Source: Bacteroidales bacterium (GTDB lineage Bacteria; Bacteroidota; Bacteroidia; Bacteroidales; B18-G4). Taken from it: DNA of 56,240 nucleotides. The stretch is taken from contig JAOZTN010000002.1 in assembly GCA_029942245.1 (NCBI GenBank), positions 19,255 through 75,494 of the forward strand, read 5' to 3'. A program made the position numbers and the translations under genes. The notes under the pieces are model-generated. The model was not told the DNA's origin. It did no database searches and saw only the letters and a list, made by a program, of their open reading frames with translations. Shown in pieces: positions 27,199 through 36,099 of this stretch (positions within the stretch are counted from its first letter, which is position 1; each line of letters starts with the position of its first letter).

Positions 27199-27233
27199 TC
27201 CGTTAATAGCTTATTCTGAGCGAAGTCGCAGGG

Positions 27234-28058
27234 CTAACTGTCAACTGTCTTCTTTTTTCGGTAGATATAGATAAGTGTTCCCACTCCAACAAGGACAAAC
27301 GGGACGCTTAACAGTTGTCCCATATTCAGGGTCATGCCTACTTCAAATTGCACCTGGGGTTCTTTAATGAATTCTATAAGGAATCGGAAAGAGAATACCA
27401 GGATCATGAACATGGCAAAAATGAATCCGGGCCTTGGCTTTCCATTGCGTTTCAGGTAAACCATCCACAGGATCAGGAAAGTTCCTAAATATGCAAGTGC
27501 TTCATAGATCTGTGTAGGGTGTTTTGGGATGAGGCTGTGGTCAGTATTTACAAATTGAAAGCCCCAGGGAAGACTGGTCTCCATACCATATATTTCAGAG
27601 TTCATCAGGTTACCAGTACGGATAAAGAATCCAGCCAGGGCAACCACAATGGAGACGCGGTCGAAGATCCAGATAAAAGGTTTGTTGTTCTTTTTCGAGA
27701 AATATAGCATGGCTATGATTATGGCAATGCCAGCACCATGACTGGCCAGACCACCTTTCCATACCATCAGTATCTCAATGGGGTTCTTGAGGTATTCCAT
27801 GGGTTCATAAAACAGCACGTGCCCGAGCCTTGCCCCTACAATGGTGGCAATGATCATATAGGTGGCCAGCTGGTCAAGAACTTTTACCGGAACGCGTTCC
27901 TTCTTGAAGATCTTCAGCATGATGATATAACCAACTACAAAACCCATGGCAAATAGCAGCCCGTACCAGCGTGGTGCAAGGGTACCAATGCCAGGGATGG
28001 CAAGCTCAAAGAGCTCAGGATTGGGCTTCCAGACGATATAATTGAGAATCATATTCAA
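27234..28058 (-). CDS. lgt: Prolipoprotein diacylglyceryl transferase
   Basis: 274 aa. Contains WKGGLASHGAGIAII, HPTQIYEAL and RWYGLLFAMGF. The track start is TTG at 28058; an ATG two codons later (28052) is equally possible. Confidence 0.92.
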   Translation of the reverse strand: MNMILNYIVWKPNPELFELAIPGIGTLAPRWYGLLFAMGFVVGYIIMLKIFKKERVPVKVLDQLATYMIIATIVGARLGHVLFYEPMEYLKNPIEILMVWKGGLASHGAGIAIIIAMLYFSKKNNKPFIWIFDRVSIVVALAGFFIRTGNLMNSEIYGMETSLPWGFQFVNTDHSLIPKHPTQIYEALAYLGTFLILWMVYLKRNGKPRPGFIFAMFMILVFSFRFLIEFIKEPQVQFEVGMTLNMGQLLSVPFVLVGVGTLIYIYRKKKTVDS

Positions 28059-28068
28059 TTTTTTTATG

Positions 28069-28076
28069 CAAATATA
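28069..28076 (-). promoter_or_regulatory. Candidate -7 box TATATTTG (minus strand) for lgt
   Basis: The plus strand reads CAAATATA, 10-17 nt upstream of the lgt start candidates. Confidence 0.45.
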
Positions 28077-28095
28077 TTAGAAAAGATGGCGGGAT

Positions 28096-29178
28096 TTACA
28101 ATCGTGAAAGAAGCTCATCCAGCCTGGCCTCCAAAATATCACTGTTCTGATCGATCTTTATTCCCGGGTAGTTTCTGGAGGCAATAATACATTTATCAAT
28201 GTCAAACATATTCTGAGAAACGAAATAGAACTGATGCCTGCTTTGATGATAGGCTGCCAGATATTCCTGCTCGGTTTGTCCGGGTGTTGGGACAAACACA
28301 GCACGTTTCCCCAAAACAGCCAGGTCCATGATACTCGTATATCCCGGACGGCAGATGATAAGTTCTGAAGAAAGCATGGCCGACTGCAACTCTTCACTGT
28401 TCAGGTGAGAATGCACTTCTATATTGCCAATACTTCTGTGCTCATCAAATTCCGGTTTGCCAAGAACAACCATGGCTCTGATATCAGTTCCTTTCAGGCG
28501 ATCTAATATGAGTTCTTCAAAGATGCTGCGCTGTGGCTCCGGCCCGCTGATGATGGCCATCACGTCATATTTTTTCTCTGGTTGTTTTCCCTCAGCAGAC
28601 TCAAATCTCGATAGGGGACCGATGAAATATGTGTCGATAGGGGCCTTCCGTTTGTGTGCAAGTTCGCCCGACAACCCACTTTGCTCATCAAAGTCTGGGA
28701 TCCAGCATTCGTTGTAGTTTCCGATATATTTTCGGTGCATCATGTATAGGAGGCCTTCAGTAAATGACCATCCTGGCGGAGCTTTGATGCTTACCTGGTG
28801 GGTGATATAAATAGAAGGGATCCTTGATGACCACATCCCGAACCTGTTGTCGGAGATCACCGCATCGATACTATGGATATCTATCAGTTCATCCAGTATC
28901 CTGTGTTCCCTTCTGTTGGCGCTCAGGATCACCGGCGAGCGCCTCAGCATACGAAGGCTCATACTGCCATGATGAGGATACGTAATCTCAAAACCGGGGA
29001 CATCAATATGTTCGAGAGTCGGAAATTCAGATTTGAGAAAAGAAGCCGGCCTTCCACTGGCTGCAATGATCACATCAATATCTTTTTCCTGTAACAGCCT
29101 GATGATAGGGACGCAACGGGCTGCATGACCAATTCCCCAATCAAGAGGGGCAACAAGTATTTTTTTACGTTTGTTCAT
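28096..29178 (-). CDS. Glycosyltransferase (GT-B fold, MurG/GT28-like family), specificity unknown
   Basis: 360 aa. N-terminal KILVAPLDWGIGHAARCVPIIRLL (a G-x-G-H loop), and a C-terminal nucleotide-sugar region LIICRPGYTSIMDLAVLGKRAVFVPTPGQTEQEYLA. Confidence 0.7.
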   Translation of the reverse strand: MNKRKKILVAPLDWGIGHAARCVPIIRLLQEKDIDVIIAASGRPASFLKSEFPTLEHIDVPGFEITYPHHGSMSLRMLRRSPVILSANRREHRILDELIDIHSIDAVISDNRFGMWSSRIPSIYITHQVSIKAPPGWSFTEGLLYMMHRKYIGNYNECWIPDFDEQSGLSGELAHKRKAPIDTYFIGPLSRFESAEGKQPEKKYDVMAIISGPEPQRSIFEELILDRLKGTDIRAMVVLGKPEFDEHRSIGNIEVHSHLNSEELQSAMLSSELIICRPGYTSIMDLAVLGKRAVFVPTPGQTEQEYLAAYHQSRHQFYFVSQNMFDIDKCIIASRNYPGIKIDQNSDILEARLDELLSRL

Positions 29179-29291
29179 ATATCCTGAAAAAAAATCATGT
29201 GACGGGTGTGACTTTTTACGGATTTCAATATTAATACTATAGAAGGTCGGTCTTTATCCGTCTCTCAACACAAATATAGTGAATAAACCGA

Positions 29292-30410
29292 ATGACCCCT
29301 ATGACAGATCATGATGATGCCCTGATTTACAGGATCGCAGTAACACTGATCCCGGGTATTGGGCATATGAATGCAAAGAAGCTGATTGCCTGGTGCGGGG
29401 AGCCTGATGCCATTTTCAGGGAAGAAAGAAAAGTGCTTATGAAGATCCCGGGTATGGCAAAGGTCCTGAACAATAATTTCAATAAGAAGGAACTCCTGCT
29501 GCGTGCAGAGCAGGAAGTAAAATTTATTACAAATAGCCGCATCAGGCCATTGTACTACTATGATGATGATTACCCCCGGCGACTGAAGCAATGTGCCGAC
29601 AGCCCCCTGATGCTTTATTATAAAGGGATAGACAATCTTTTTGAGAAAAGGATGCTGGCCGTGGTTGGGACCCGGAAAGCTACATCCTATGGCAAACGCG
29701 CCTGCCAGCAGGTCATAGGAGGCTTTTCTGATGAGGATGTAGTGATTGCAAGTGGAATGGCTTATGGCATCGATAGCTGTGCACATCGAAAGGCACTTAG
29801 CTGCGGATTGCAGACCATTGGAGTTTTGGGGCACGGCCTCGATCGCATCTATCCGAATGAGAACAGGAATATGGCCGCCAGAATGTTGCAACAGGGCGGC
29901 CTGCTCACAGAATTTCTGAGCCAGTCGAAGCCCGACAGGGAAAATTTCCCCAAACGCAATCGTATAATTGCAGGCCTCTCCGATGCCGTTCTGGTAGTGG
30001 AATCTGCCACTAAAGGCGGTGCCATTATTACAGCAGAGATAGCTAATTCTTATAACAGAGATGTATTCGCCATCCCGGGAAGGATGTATGATCCCTATTC
30101 TGATGGATGCCATCTTCTGATACGCCGGAATATAGCTGCCCTGACACGCTCGGCCGACGATATCCGGTATTCCATGGGATGGGAAGGGACGGTGCAGGCC
30201 CGGAAAAGCAAGACTGAGCTTCTGGGAAAATATGATCATGACGAAAAGGTCATCCTGAATATCATCCTGGAAAAAGAGCGGGCACCCATTGACGATATCG
30301 TCTTGATCGCAGGCCTGGGAGCATCGAAAGCTGCCTCTATACTGTTGAAGTTGGAGTTTGAGGGCGTGATCACAGGCCTGCCGGGAAAGCTGTATGAGAT
30401 CAGGAAATGA
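29292..30410 (+). CDS. dprA: DNA-processing protein DprA (Smf)
   Basis: 372 aa. Contains VVGTRKATSYGKRA, ASGMAYGIDSCAHRKAL and GGAIITAEIANSYNRDVFAIPG. Confidence 0.93.
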   Translation: MTPMTDHDDALIYRIAVTLIPGIGHMNAKKLIAWCGEPDAIFREERKVLMKIPGMAKVLNNNFNKKELLLRAEQEVKFITNSRIRPLYYYDDDYPRRLKQCADSPLMLYYKGIDNLFEKRMLAVVGTRKATSYGKRACQQVIGGFSDEDVVIASGMAYGIDSCAHRKALSCGLQTIGVLGHGLDRIYPNENRNMAARMLQQGGLLTEFLSQSKPDRENFPKRNRIIAGLSDAVLVVESATKGGAIITAEIANSYNRDVFAIPGRMYDPYSDGCHLLIRRNIAALTRSADDIRYSMGWEGTVQARKSKTELLGKYDHDEKVILNIILEKERAPIDDIVLIAGLGASKAASILLKLEFEGVITGLPGKLYEIRK

Positions 30411-30425
30411 TGTCTGCGAATAATG

Positions 30426-30433
30426 TACCTTTG
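30426..30433 (+). promoter_or_regulatory. Candidate -7 box TACCTTTG upstream of rsgA
   Basis: TAnnTTTG match, 26 nt upstream of the TTG start at 30459. Confidence 0.4.
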
Positions 30434-30458
30434 TATCAGATAGATAAAAAAAGCAGCA

Positions 30459-31373
30459 TTGGAAGGCATTGTCATCAAATCAACCGGAAGCTGGTACAGC
30501 GTGTTAAGTCCTGATGGGAGCATCACCGAATGTAAACTGAAAGGCAGGTTCAAGGTGCAGGGAATCAGAACCACCAACCCCCTGGCCGTTGGCGACCATG
30601 TAGGATTTCATGTGCTGCAGGAAGAAGGCACAGGGCTGATCTCCAAGATCTCCCCGCGCAAAAACCATATCATTCGCAAGGCTACCAAGCTGTCGAAAGA
30701 ATCACACATCCTGGCAGCCAATCTCGACCAGGCAATCATCATTGTTACCCTGGCCGAGCCCAGAACATCAACAGGCTTCATCGACCGTTTCCTCATCACT
30801 GCAGAAGCATACCATATCCCGGCGCTTATCATCTTTAATAAGATCGATCTGTATAACGAAAAGCAGATGGAAGATCTTGCTGAACTGAAAGAAGTATATG
30901 AGGCTGCTGGCTATCCCTCTTACTCAGTTTCGGCGCTCACCGGTGAAAATTTAGGCGAAGTTGAGGATCTGCTCAAAGATACAGTGTCGTTGGTGGCCGG
31001 ACATTCCGGTGTTGGAAAATCGGCCCTTATCAATGCACTTGAGCCCGGCCTCGACCTGAAGACCAAACCAATTTCCAAAGCACATAGCAAAGGAGTTCAT
31101 ACCACTACTTTTGCCAGGATGTTCAGACTTTCATTCGGAGGATTTATTATTGATACGCCGGGTATTAAAGAATTTGGTCTCTTTGACCTTGACAGGAACA
31201 CCCTGGCGGAGCGATACCCTGAGATGCGTACCCTCATGCATGCCTGTAAATACACCAATTGCACCCACCTGCATGAGCCCGGTTGTGCCGTTAAAGAGGC
31301 CGTAAAACAGGGAAAACTGAGTAAGATCAGATATGAAGGTTATCTTCGTATCATGGCCGATGGCGGTTCATAA
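30459..31373 (+). CDS. rsgA: Ribosome small-subunit-dependent GTPase A
   Basis: 304 aa. Circularly permuted GTPase (NKIDL ... AGHSGVGKSALINAL). C-terminal zinc motif CKYTNCTHLHEPGCAV. TTG start. Confidence 0.93.
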   Translation: MEGIVIKSTGSWYSVLSPDGSITECKLKGRFKVQGIRTTNPLAVGDHVGFHVLQEEGTGLISKISPRKNHIIRKATKLSKESHILAANLDQAIIIVTLAEPRTSTGFIDRFLITAEAYHIPALIIFNKIDLYNEKQMEDLAELKEVYEAAGYPSYSVSALTGENLGEVEDLLKDTVSLVAGHSGVGKSALINALEPGLDLKTKPISKAHSKGVHTTTFARMFRLSFGGFIIDTPGIKEFGLFDLDRNTLAERYPEMRTLMHACKYTNCTHLHEPGCAVKEAVKQGKLSKIRYEGYLRIMADGGS

Positions 31374-31384
31374 AAAAATGGAAT

Positions 31385-32047
31385 ATGATAGCATCAGAAT
31401 TGATCAGTGATATAGTAGTCCCACTCAGGACATCAGATACTGTAGATACGGCCATCTCCATGATGGCCGAATTTAAAGTATCCCACATTCCTGTTGTGAA
31501 CAATCATTCATACCTGGCCCTCTTGTCGGAAGATGACCTGATGTCGGATGTTGATCTGGACGCACCGATTGGAAGCCTCAAACTTGTTTTGCCAAGGCTC
31601 ATGATCAGCGAACACCAGCATTTTTATGATGTGATCAAGATGATGAGTGAACACCGCCTCACCTTGCTGCCGGTGGTTGATGCAGATGAAAACTATGAAG
31701 GGGTTGTAAGCCTGGAAAGCCTTGCAGCAAATATGTCGAAGATGGCTGCCATCAGCCAGCCGGGAACCGTAATAGTGCTGGAGATGAGCCAGAACGATTA
31801 CAGCATGTCGGAGATTGCCCAAATCATAGAATCCAATGATGCTAAGATCCTGAGCATGTATCTGACTCCCAAGGCAGATTCCACGAATATGGATGTGATC
31901 CTGAAAATAAATAAACAGGAATTGAATGCCATCATCCAGACATTCGACAGATATAATTATACCATCAAGGCATCATATGGGCAGGAAGAAGACCCTGAAG
32001 ACCTGAAAGACCGCTTCGATTCCCTGATGAACTACCTAAATGTTTAA
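31385..32047 (+). CDS. CBS domain-containing protein
   Basis: 220 aa. Two CBS-like repeats (VSHIPVVNN..., LTLLPVVDADENYEGVVS). Confidence 0.7.
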   Translation: MIASELISDIVVPLRTSDTVDTAISMMAEFKVSHIPVVNNHSYLALLSEDDLMSDVDLDAPIGSLKLVLPRLMISEHQHFYDVIKMMSEHRLTLLPVVDADENYEGVVSLESLAANMSKMAAISQPGTVIVLEMSQNDYSMSEIAQIIESNDAKILSMYLTPKADSTNMDVILKINKQELNAIIQTFDRYNYTIKASYGQEEDPEDLKDRFDSLMNYLNV

Positions 32048-32058
32048 GCCATTTCACT

Positions 32059-33498
32059 TTGAGCCCATCTAATTATCACCGGCTTAAGATCACTGTTTTT
32101 CCACTGCTTTTATTGGTTTGCACTATTCTAAGCGGTGCTCTCCAGGCGCAGAATGATAGCCTGATTCTGGTTAAAAGCATTGCGTACAACGGAAATAAGA
32201 CTACGAAAGATCATATCATAACCCGTGAAATAATGTTTGCTGTTGGGGACACATTGGATCAGACGGTATTCAATGGATTATTGGAAAAAAGCCGGGAAAA
32301 CCTGCTCAATACCTCTCTTTTTAACTTCGTATCCTATGAAATGCAATCATCCCCTGGCAGCTTGAATGTGGTTGATGTGGTGTTTGACGTGACCGAGAGA
32401 TGGTATATCTGGCCATGGCCTACTATCGAGTTTGCTGACCGTAATTTCAATACCTGGTGGAATGAAAACAGAGACCTGTCACGTATGAGTTATGGGGTTG
32501 TCCTCAAATGGGGCAATTTCAGGGGAAGGAAAGAGCAGCTCAACTTAACAGCGCGCTTCGGATATAATGAACTCTACGGCTTCGATTATACCATCCCTTA
32601 CCTCAACGAGAAGGAAACAATTGGGCTGGGTGTCGGCGCCGCCTATGGAAGAACCCATGAGGTGCCGGTTATGAATGAGGATGACCGCCTGGTATATTAC
32701 AGGGATGATGAAGAGTACATACAGCAGGAGGTTAGTTCTTATCTTGCCTTGATCCTGCGCAATGAGATATATAATACGCACACCTTCAGGCTGGAGTACA
32801 ATTATTGGAAGTTTGCTGATACCCTTTTGCTTATTAATCCCGGATTTAGCTATGCCGACAAGGAGATATTGCAATATTTTTCACTGGCATACCGCTTTAA
32901 GAGCGATCACAGGGATGATAAACCATACCCCTTGAAAGGATATTATTTCGACCTTGAATTGGTAAAACGGGGCTTTGAGTTTTTCGATAATGGTGGCCTG
33001 GATGTTTTTTATGTACGATCTACGTTTCGAAAATTCTTTCAGATGGGGAACCGATGGTATTTCGCTACCGGACTAAACTCTAAATTTTCAAGCGAATCCA
33101 TACAGCCTTTTTATATGAACCGGGCAATTGGATATGGAAGGGATATCGTAAGAGGCTATGAGTACTATGTCGTAAATGGTCAGAACTTCGGCATACTCAA
33201 GAATAATTTTAAGTTTGCCCTTCTGCCAAGAAGAGACTTCAATCTGAATTTTATTAAATCGGAGAAATTCAGCAAAGTGCACTACGCCTTTTATTTGAAC
33301 GCCTTTTTTGATATGGGCTTTGTAGACAATTTTTATCCTGATCCCGCCCTGAATAACCAGCTTGAGAATTCCCTGCTGATAGGATATGGTGTCGGAATTG
33401 ATTTCGTTACGTATTACGACCTCGTTCTCAGACTGGAGTATTCTTTTAACCGCATGAACGAACATGGCTTTTTTCTGCATTTTATGGCGTCAATATAG
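32059..33498 (+). CDS. Omp85/BamA-family outer-membrane protein with a single POTRA-like region
   Basis: 479 aa. Signal/anchor LLLLVCTILSGALQAQ and a POTRA-like SIAYNGNKTTKDHIITREIMFAVGDTLD. The remainder is aromatic-rich beta-barrel-like sequence. TTG start. Confidence 0.6.
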   Translation: MSPSNYHRLKITVFPLLLLVCTILSGALQAQNDSLILVKSIAYNGNKTTKDHIITREIMFAVGDTLDQTVFNGLLEKSRENLLNTSLFNFVSYEMQSSPGSLNVVDVVFDVTERWYIWPWPTIEFADRNFNTWWNENRDLSRMSYGVVLKWGNFRGRKEQLNLTARFGYNELYGFDYTIPYLNEKETIGLGVGAAYGRTHEVPVMNEDDRLVYYRDDEEYIQQEVSSYLALILRNEIYNTHTFRLEYNYWKFADTLLLINPGFSYADKEILQYFSLAYRFKSDHRDDKPYPLKGYYFDLELVKRGFEFFDNGGLDVFYVRSTFRKFFQMGNRWYFATGLNSKFSSESIQPFYMNRAIGYGRDIVRGYEYYVVNGQNFGILKNNFKFALLPRRDFNLNFIKSEKFSKVHYAFYLNAFFDMGFVDNFYPDPALNNQLENSLLIGYGVGIDFVTYYDLVLRLEYSFNRMNEHGFFLHFMASI

Positions 33499-33600
33499 GC
33501 ATGCCCTTTATAATGTTAATTATTCTGAAGTCTATAAGTACAAATCCGCAGATTTTCGTAAACTTGCATCGGTTTTTAGGTATTATCAGAACATCTTGAA

Positions 33601-34479
33601 ATGAAGCTTGCTTTATTCGGAAAAAGCATCAGGAAAGAATACTATCCATACCTTCTTCAGCTAATCAACAAACTGGAAGAGAACGGGTGTGATTTGCTGG
33701 TATATAAGCCATTTCTTGAAAACCTTCGGAAAAATAAGGATTTCAATTATGAAGCAACTCCTTTCTGCAACCACAGTGAGCTGAAAGGAAAGGCAGACAT
33801 GGTATTCTCCATCGGGGGTGACGGCACCCTGCTGGATACGGTTTCACTGGTTCGTGATTCAGGCATTCCCGTGTTGGGGATCAACCTGGGCAGGCTGGGC
33901 TTTCTTTCAAGTATTTCAAGGGATGATATAATCCCTGCCGTCGAAAAAGTACTAAAAGGAGAATATACGCTCGAACCACGCACATTGCTGAGCCTGTCTT
34001 CCGATGCAGATATTTTTGGGGACTTTCACTGTGCTCTGAATGATATTACAGTGACCCGTAAGGAATCAATGGCATTGATCGTGATCCATGTTTACGTGGA
34101 TGGGGTATTTCTGAATTCATACTGGGCTGACGGATTGATCGTGGCAACCCCTACAGGTTCCACTGCATATTCACTAAGCAGCGGGGGACCTATAGTGTCG
34201 CCGGGATCCGAGAATATACTGATCACACCACTGGCTCCCCATAACCTGACCATCAGGCCGATCGTGATTTCTGATAAAAGTGAGATCAGCATCAGGGTGG
34301 AAGGCAGAGACAGCGAATACCTGGTTAGCCTGGATTCAAAGACAGATGTAATTGAACCCGGACTTGAATTGCGGATCAGAAGGGCAGATTTTAGCTTCAA
34401 CCTCGTTAAAATCGAGCATAAAGATTTCTTTACAACCATTCGTGATAAACTCAAATGGGGACTGGATGTTAGAAATTAA
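33601..34479 (+). CDS. nadK: NAD+ kinase
   Basis: 292 aa. Contains IGGDGTLL, GINLGRLGFL and ATPTGSTAYSLSSGGPIVSP. Confidence 0.95.
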   Translation: MKLALFGKSIRKEYYPYLLQLINKLEENGCDLLVYKPFLENLRKNKDFNYEATPFCNHSELKGKADMVFSIGGDGTLLDTVSLVRDSGIPVLGINLGRLGFLSSISRDDIIPAVEKVLKGEYTLEPRTLLSLSSDADIFGDFHCALNDITVTRKESMALIVIHVYVDGVFLNSYWADGLIVATPTGSTAYSLSSGGPIVSPGSENILITPLAPHNLTIRPIVISDKSEISIRVEGRDSEYLVSLDSKTDVIEPGLELRIRRADFSFNLVKIEHKDFFTTIRDKLKWGLDVRN

Positions 34480-34526
34480 TTGATCAAGAGATAAGAAATT
34501 TGGAAATAATGCGTTTTGGGAACTAT

Positions 34527-35333
34527 ATGAAGAAGATAACATTAATTATTATTATGATAATTGGTGCTTTTGGTTTGCATGCGCAAAAGACCCTTGAGGT
34601 AGGGCTTTTGGGTGGCGGCACCTACTATATCGGAGACCTGAACCCCGGAACCCCATTCTTGCTTACTAAGCCTGCATACGGAGTCGTGGCAAGGTTAAAC
34701 CTGGATTCCAGATGGACCGTTAAACTTAGCGGCCTGCGGGGAGCCATAGAAGGCGATGACAATGTTTCCAATGCCATGCAGAACCGTGGTCTGAAGTTTG
34801 AATCCAAGATCACGGATATTACTACAGTAGTGGAATTCAATTTCTTTAACTACGTCACCGGAAGCACAAGGAATTTTCTTACACCTTACATCTTCGGTGG
34901 TGTTGGGGTATTATTGTTTAAACCTGAGGCAAATGGTGTCGCTCTGCGCGACCTGGGCACCGAAGGGCAAAACGCAGGCTTCGACGGTAGAAGCAAATAC
35001 AAGACTACCCAGATCGTGTTTCCTTTTGGTATAGGGTTTAAGTATAGCCTGAACAAGAAACTGGGATTTGCACTGGAATGGGGAATACGCAAAACTTTCA
35101 CTGACTATATCGACGATGTTAGCGAAACCTACTACCTTGACGGGGAAAGTATTGATCCATCGAACACAGCAGAGATCATGTCTGATCCCACTATGAACCA
35201 CAAGCCATACGAAGCCAGGGGGAATCCCAGTAATAAAGACTGGTATACCTTCATAGGTGTATCCCTGACCTACAAGTTTAACCTTGGCCGTGATAAAGGT
35301 TGCAGCCAGTTTGGAAACAGAAGAGACTATTAA
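34527..35333 (+). CDS. Outer-membrane beta-barrel protein, DUF6089 / PorG-like
   Basis: The track ORF starts at 34500, but the signal peptide MKKITLIIIMIIGAFGLHAQ starts at 34527. The sequence shows alternating beta-strand character. Its position between nadK and uppS-bamA-skp-skp matches the Porphyromonas arrangement as I recall it. Confidence 0.55.
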   Translation: MKKITLIIIMIIGAFGLHAQKTLEVGLLGGGTYYIGDLNPGTPFLLTKPAYGVVARLNLDSRWTVKLSGLRGAIEGDDNVSNAMQNRGLKFESKITDITTVVEFNFFNYVTGSTRNFLTPYIFGGVGVLLFKPEANGVALRDLGTEGQNAGFDGRSKYKTTQIVFPFGIGFKYSLNKKLGFALEWGIRKTFTDYIDDVSETYYLDGESIDPSNTAEIMSDPTMNHKPYEARGNPSNKDWYTFIGVSLTYKFNLGRDKGCSQFGNRRDY

Positions 35334-35346
35334 AAAGAATTAACCG

Positions 35347-36093
35347 ATGGACCTGAAGAGCCGTATTGATCCTGAACGCTTACCAAAGCATGTTGCCATC
35401 ATCATGGATGGGAACGGCCGTTGGGCGAATCAGCGCGGCAAACCCAGGATTTTTGGACACCAAAACGGTGTTGCATCCGTCAGGGAAGCAGCAGAAACAG
35501 CGGCTGATCTGGGGATCGAGTACCTGACCCTCTATGCTTTTTCCACTGAAAATTGGAATCGGCCGAAGTTCGAAACAGAGGCCCTGATGACCTTGCTGCT
35601 GAAAACCATTAACAAAGAAACAAAGACCCTGAATAAGAATAATATCAGGCTGAATGCCATCGGCGACCTGATGGGACTGCCTTCCATGACAAGGAAGCAG
35701 CTGGAGAAAGCCATTGCAAACACATCAGGGAACGACAGGATGACCCTCACACTGGCCCTCTCATACAGCGGCAGATGGGAGCTCCTGAATGCAACAAAAA
35801 AGATTGCTAAGCAGGTGGCAGAAGGAGAGCTCGATGCTGAAAAAGTTGATCAGCATGCATTCGAACAGGCATTGGAAACACAGGATATGCCAGATCCGGA
35901 GCTGCTGATCAGAACATCAGGCGAATATCGTATCAGCAATTTCCTGCTGTGGCAGATTGCTTATGCTGAGCTGTACTTTACATCGAAGTTATGGCCTGAT
36001 TTCAGGAAAGATGACTTCTACGAGGCATTGATCGACTTTCAAAACCGGGAACGGAGATTTGGGAAAATAAGTGAACAAATAAAAGCAGATTAA
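35347..36093 (+). CDS. uppS: Undecaprenyl-diphosphate synthase (isoprenyl transferase)
   Basis: 248 aa. Contains HVAIIMDGNGRWA, LTLYAFSTENWNRP and LLIRTSGEYRISNFLLWQIAYAELYF. Confidence 0.96.
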   Translation: MDLKSRIDPERLPKHVAIIMDGNGRWANQRGKPRIFGHQNGVASVREAAETAADLGIEYLTLYAFSTENWNRPKFETEALMTLLLKTINKETKTLNKNNIRLNAIGDLMGLPSMTRKQLEKAIANTSGNDRMTLTLALSYSGRWELLNATKKIAKQVAEGELDAEKVDQHAFEQALETQDMPDPELLIRTSGEYRISNFLLWQIAYAELYFTSKLWPDFRKDDFYEALIDFQNRERRFGKISEQIKAD

Positions 36094-36099
36094 GCGGGA

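Noticed and set aside
27199-27233. A possible terminator or REP element between the convergent DUF2723 gene and lgt (CTGAGCGAAGTCGCAGGG).
   Set aside because: Only a 4-bp GCGA/TCGC pairing is available, so there is no convincing stem or U-tract.
29265-30239. A 324-aa ORF lying fully antisense to dprA.
   Set aside because: The plus-strand frame has clear DprA motifs (GMAYGIDSCAH and others). The antisense product is Cys/His/Ile-rich with no motif, signal or start context, so it is a shadow ORF.
34500-34526. The upstream ATG of the PorG-like ORF (MEIMRFGNY...).
   Set aside because: The signal peptide begins at the MKKITL Met at 34527, so the nine extra residues are unlikely to be translated.
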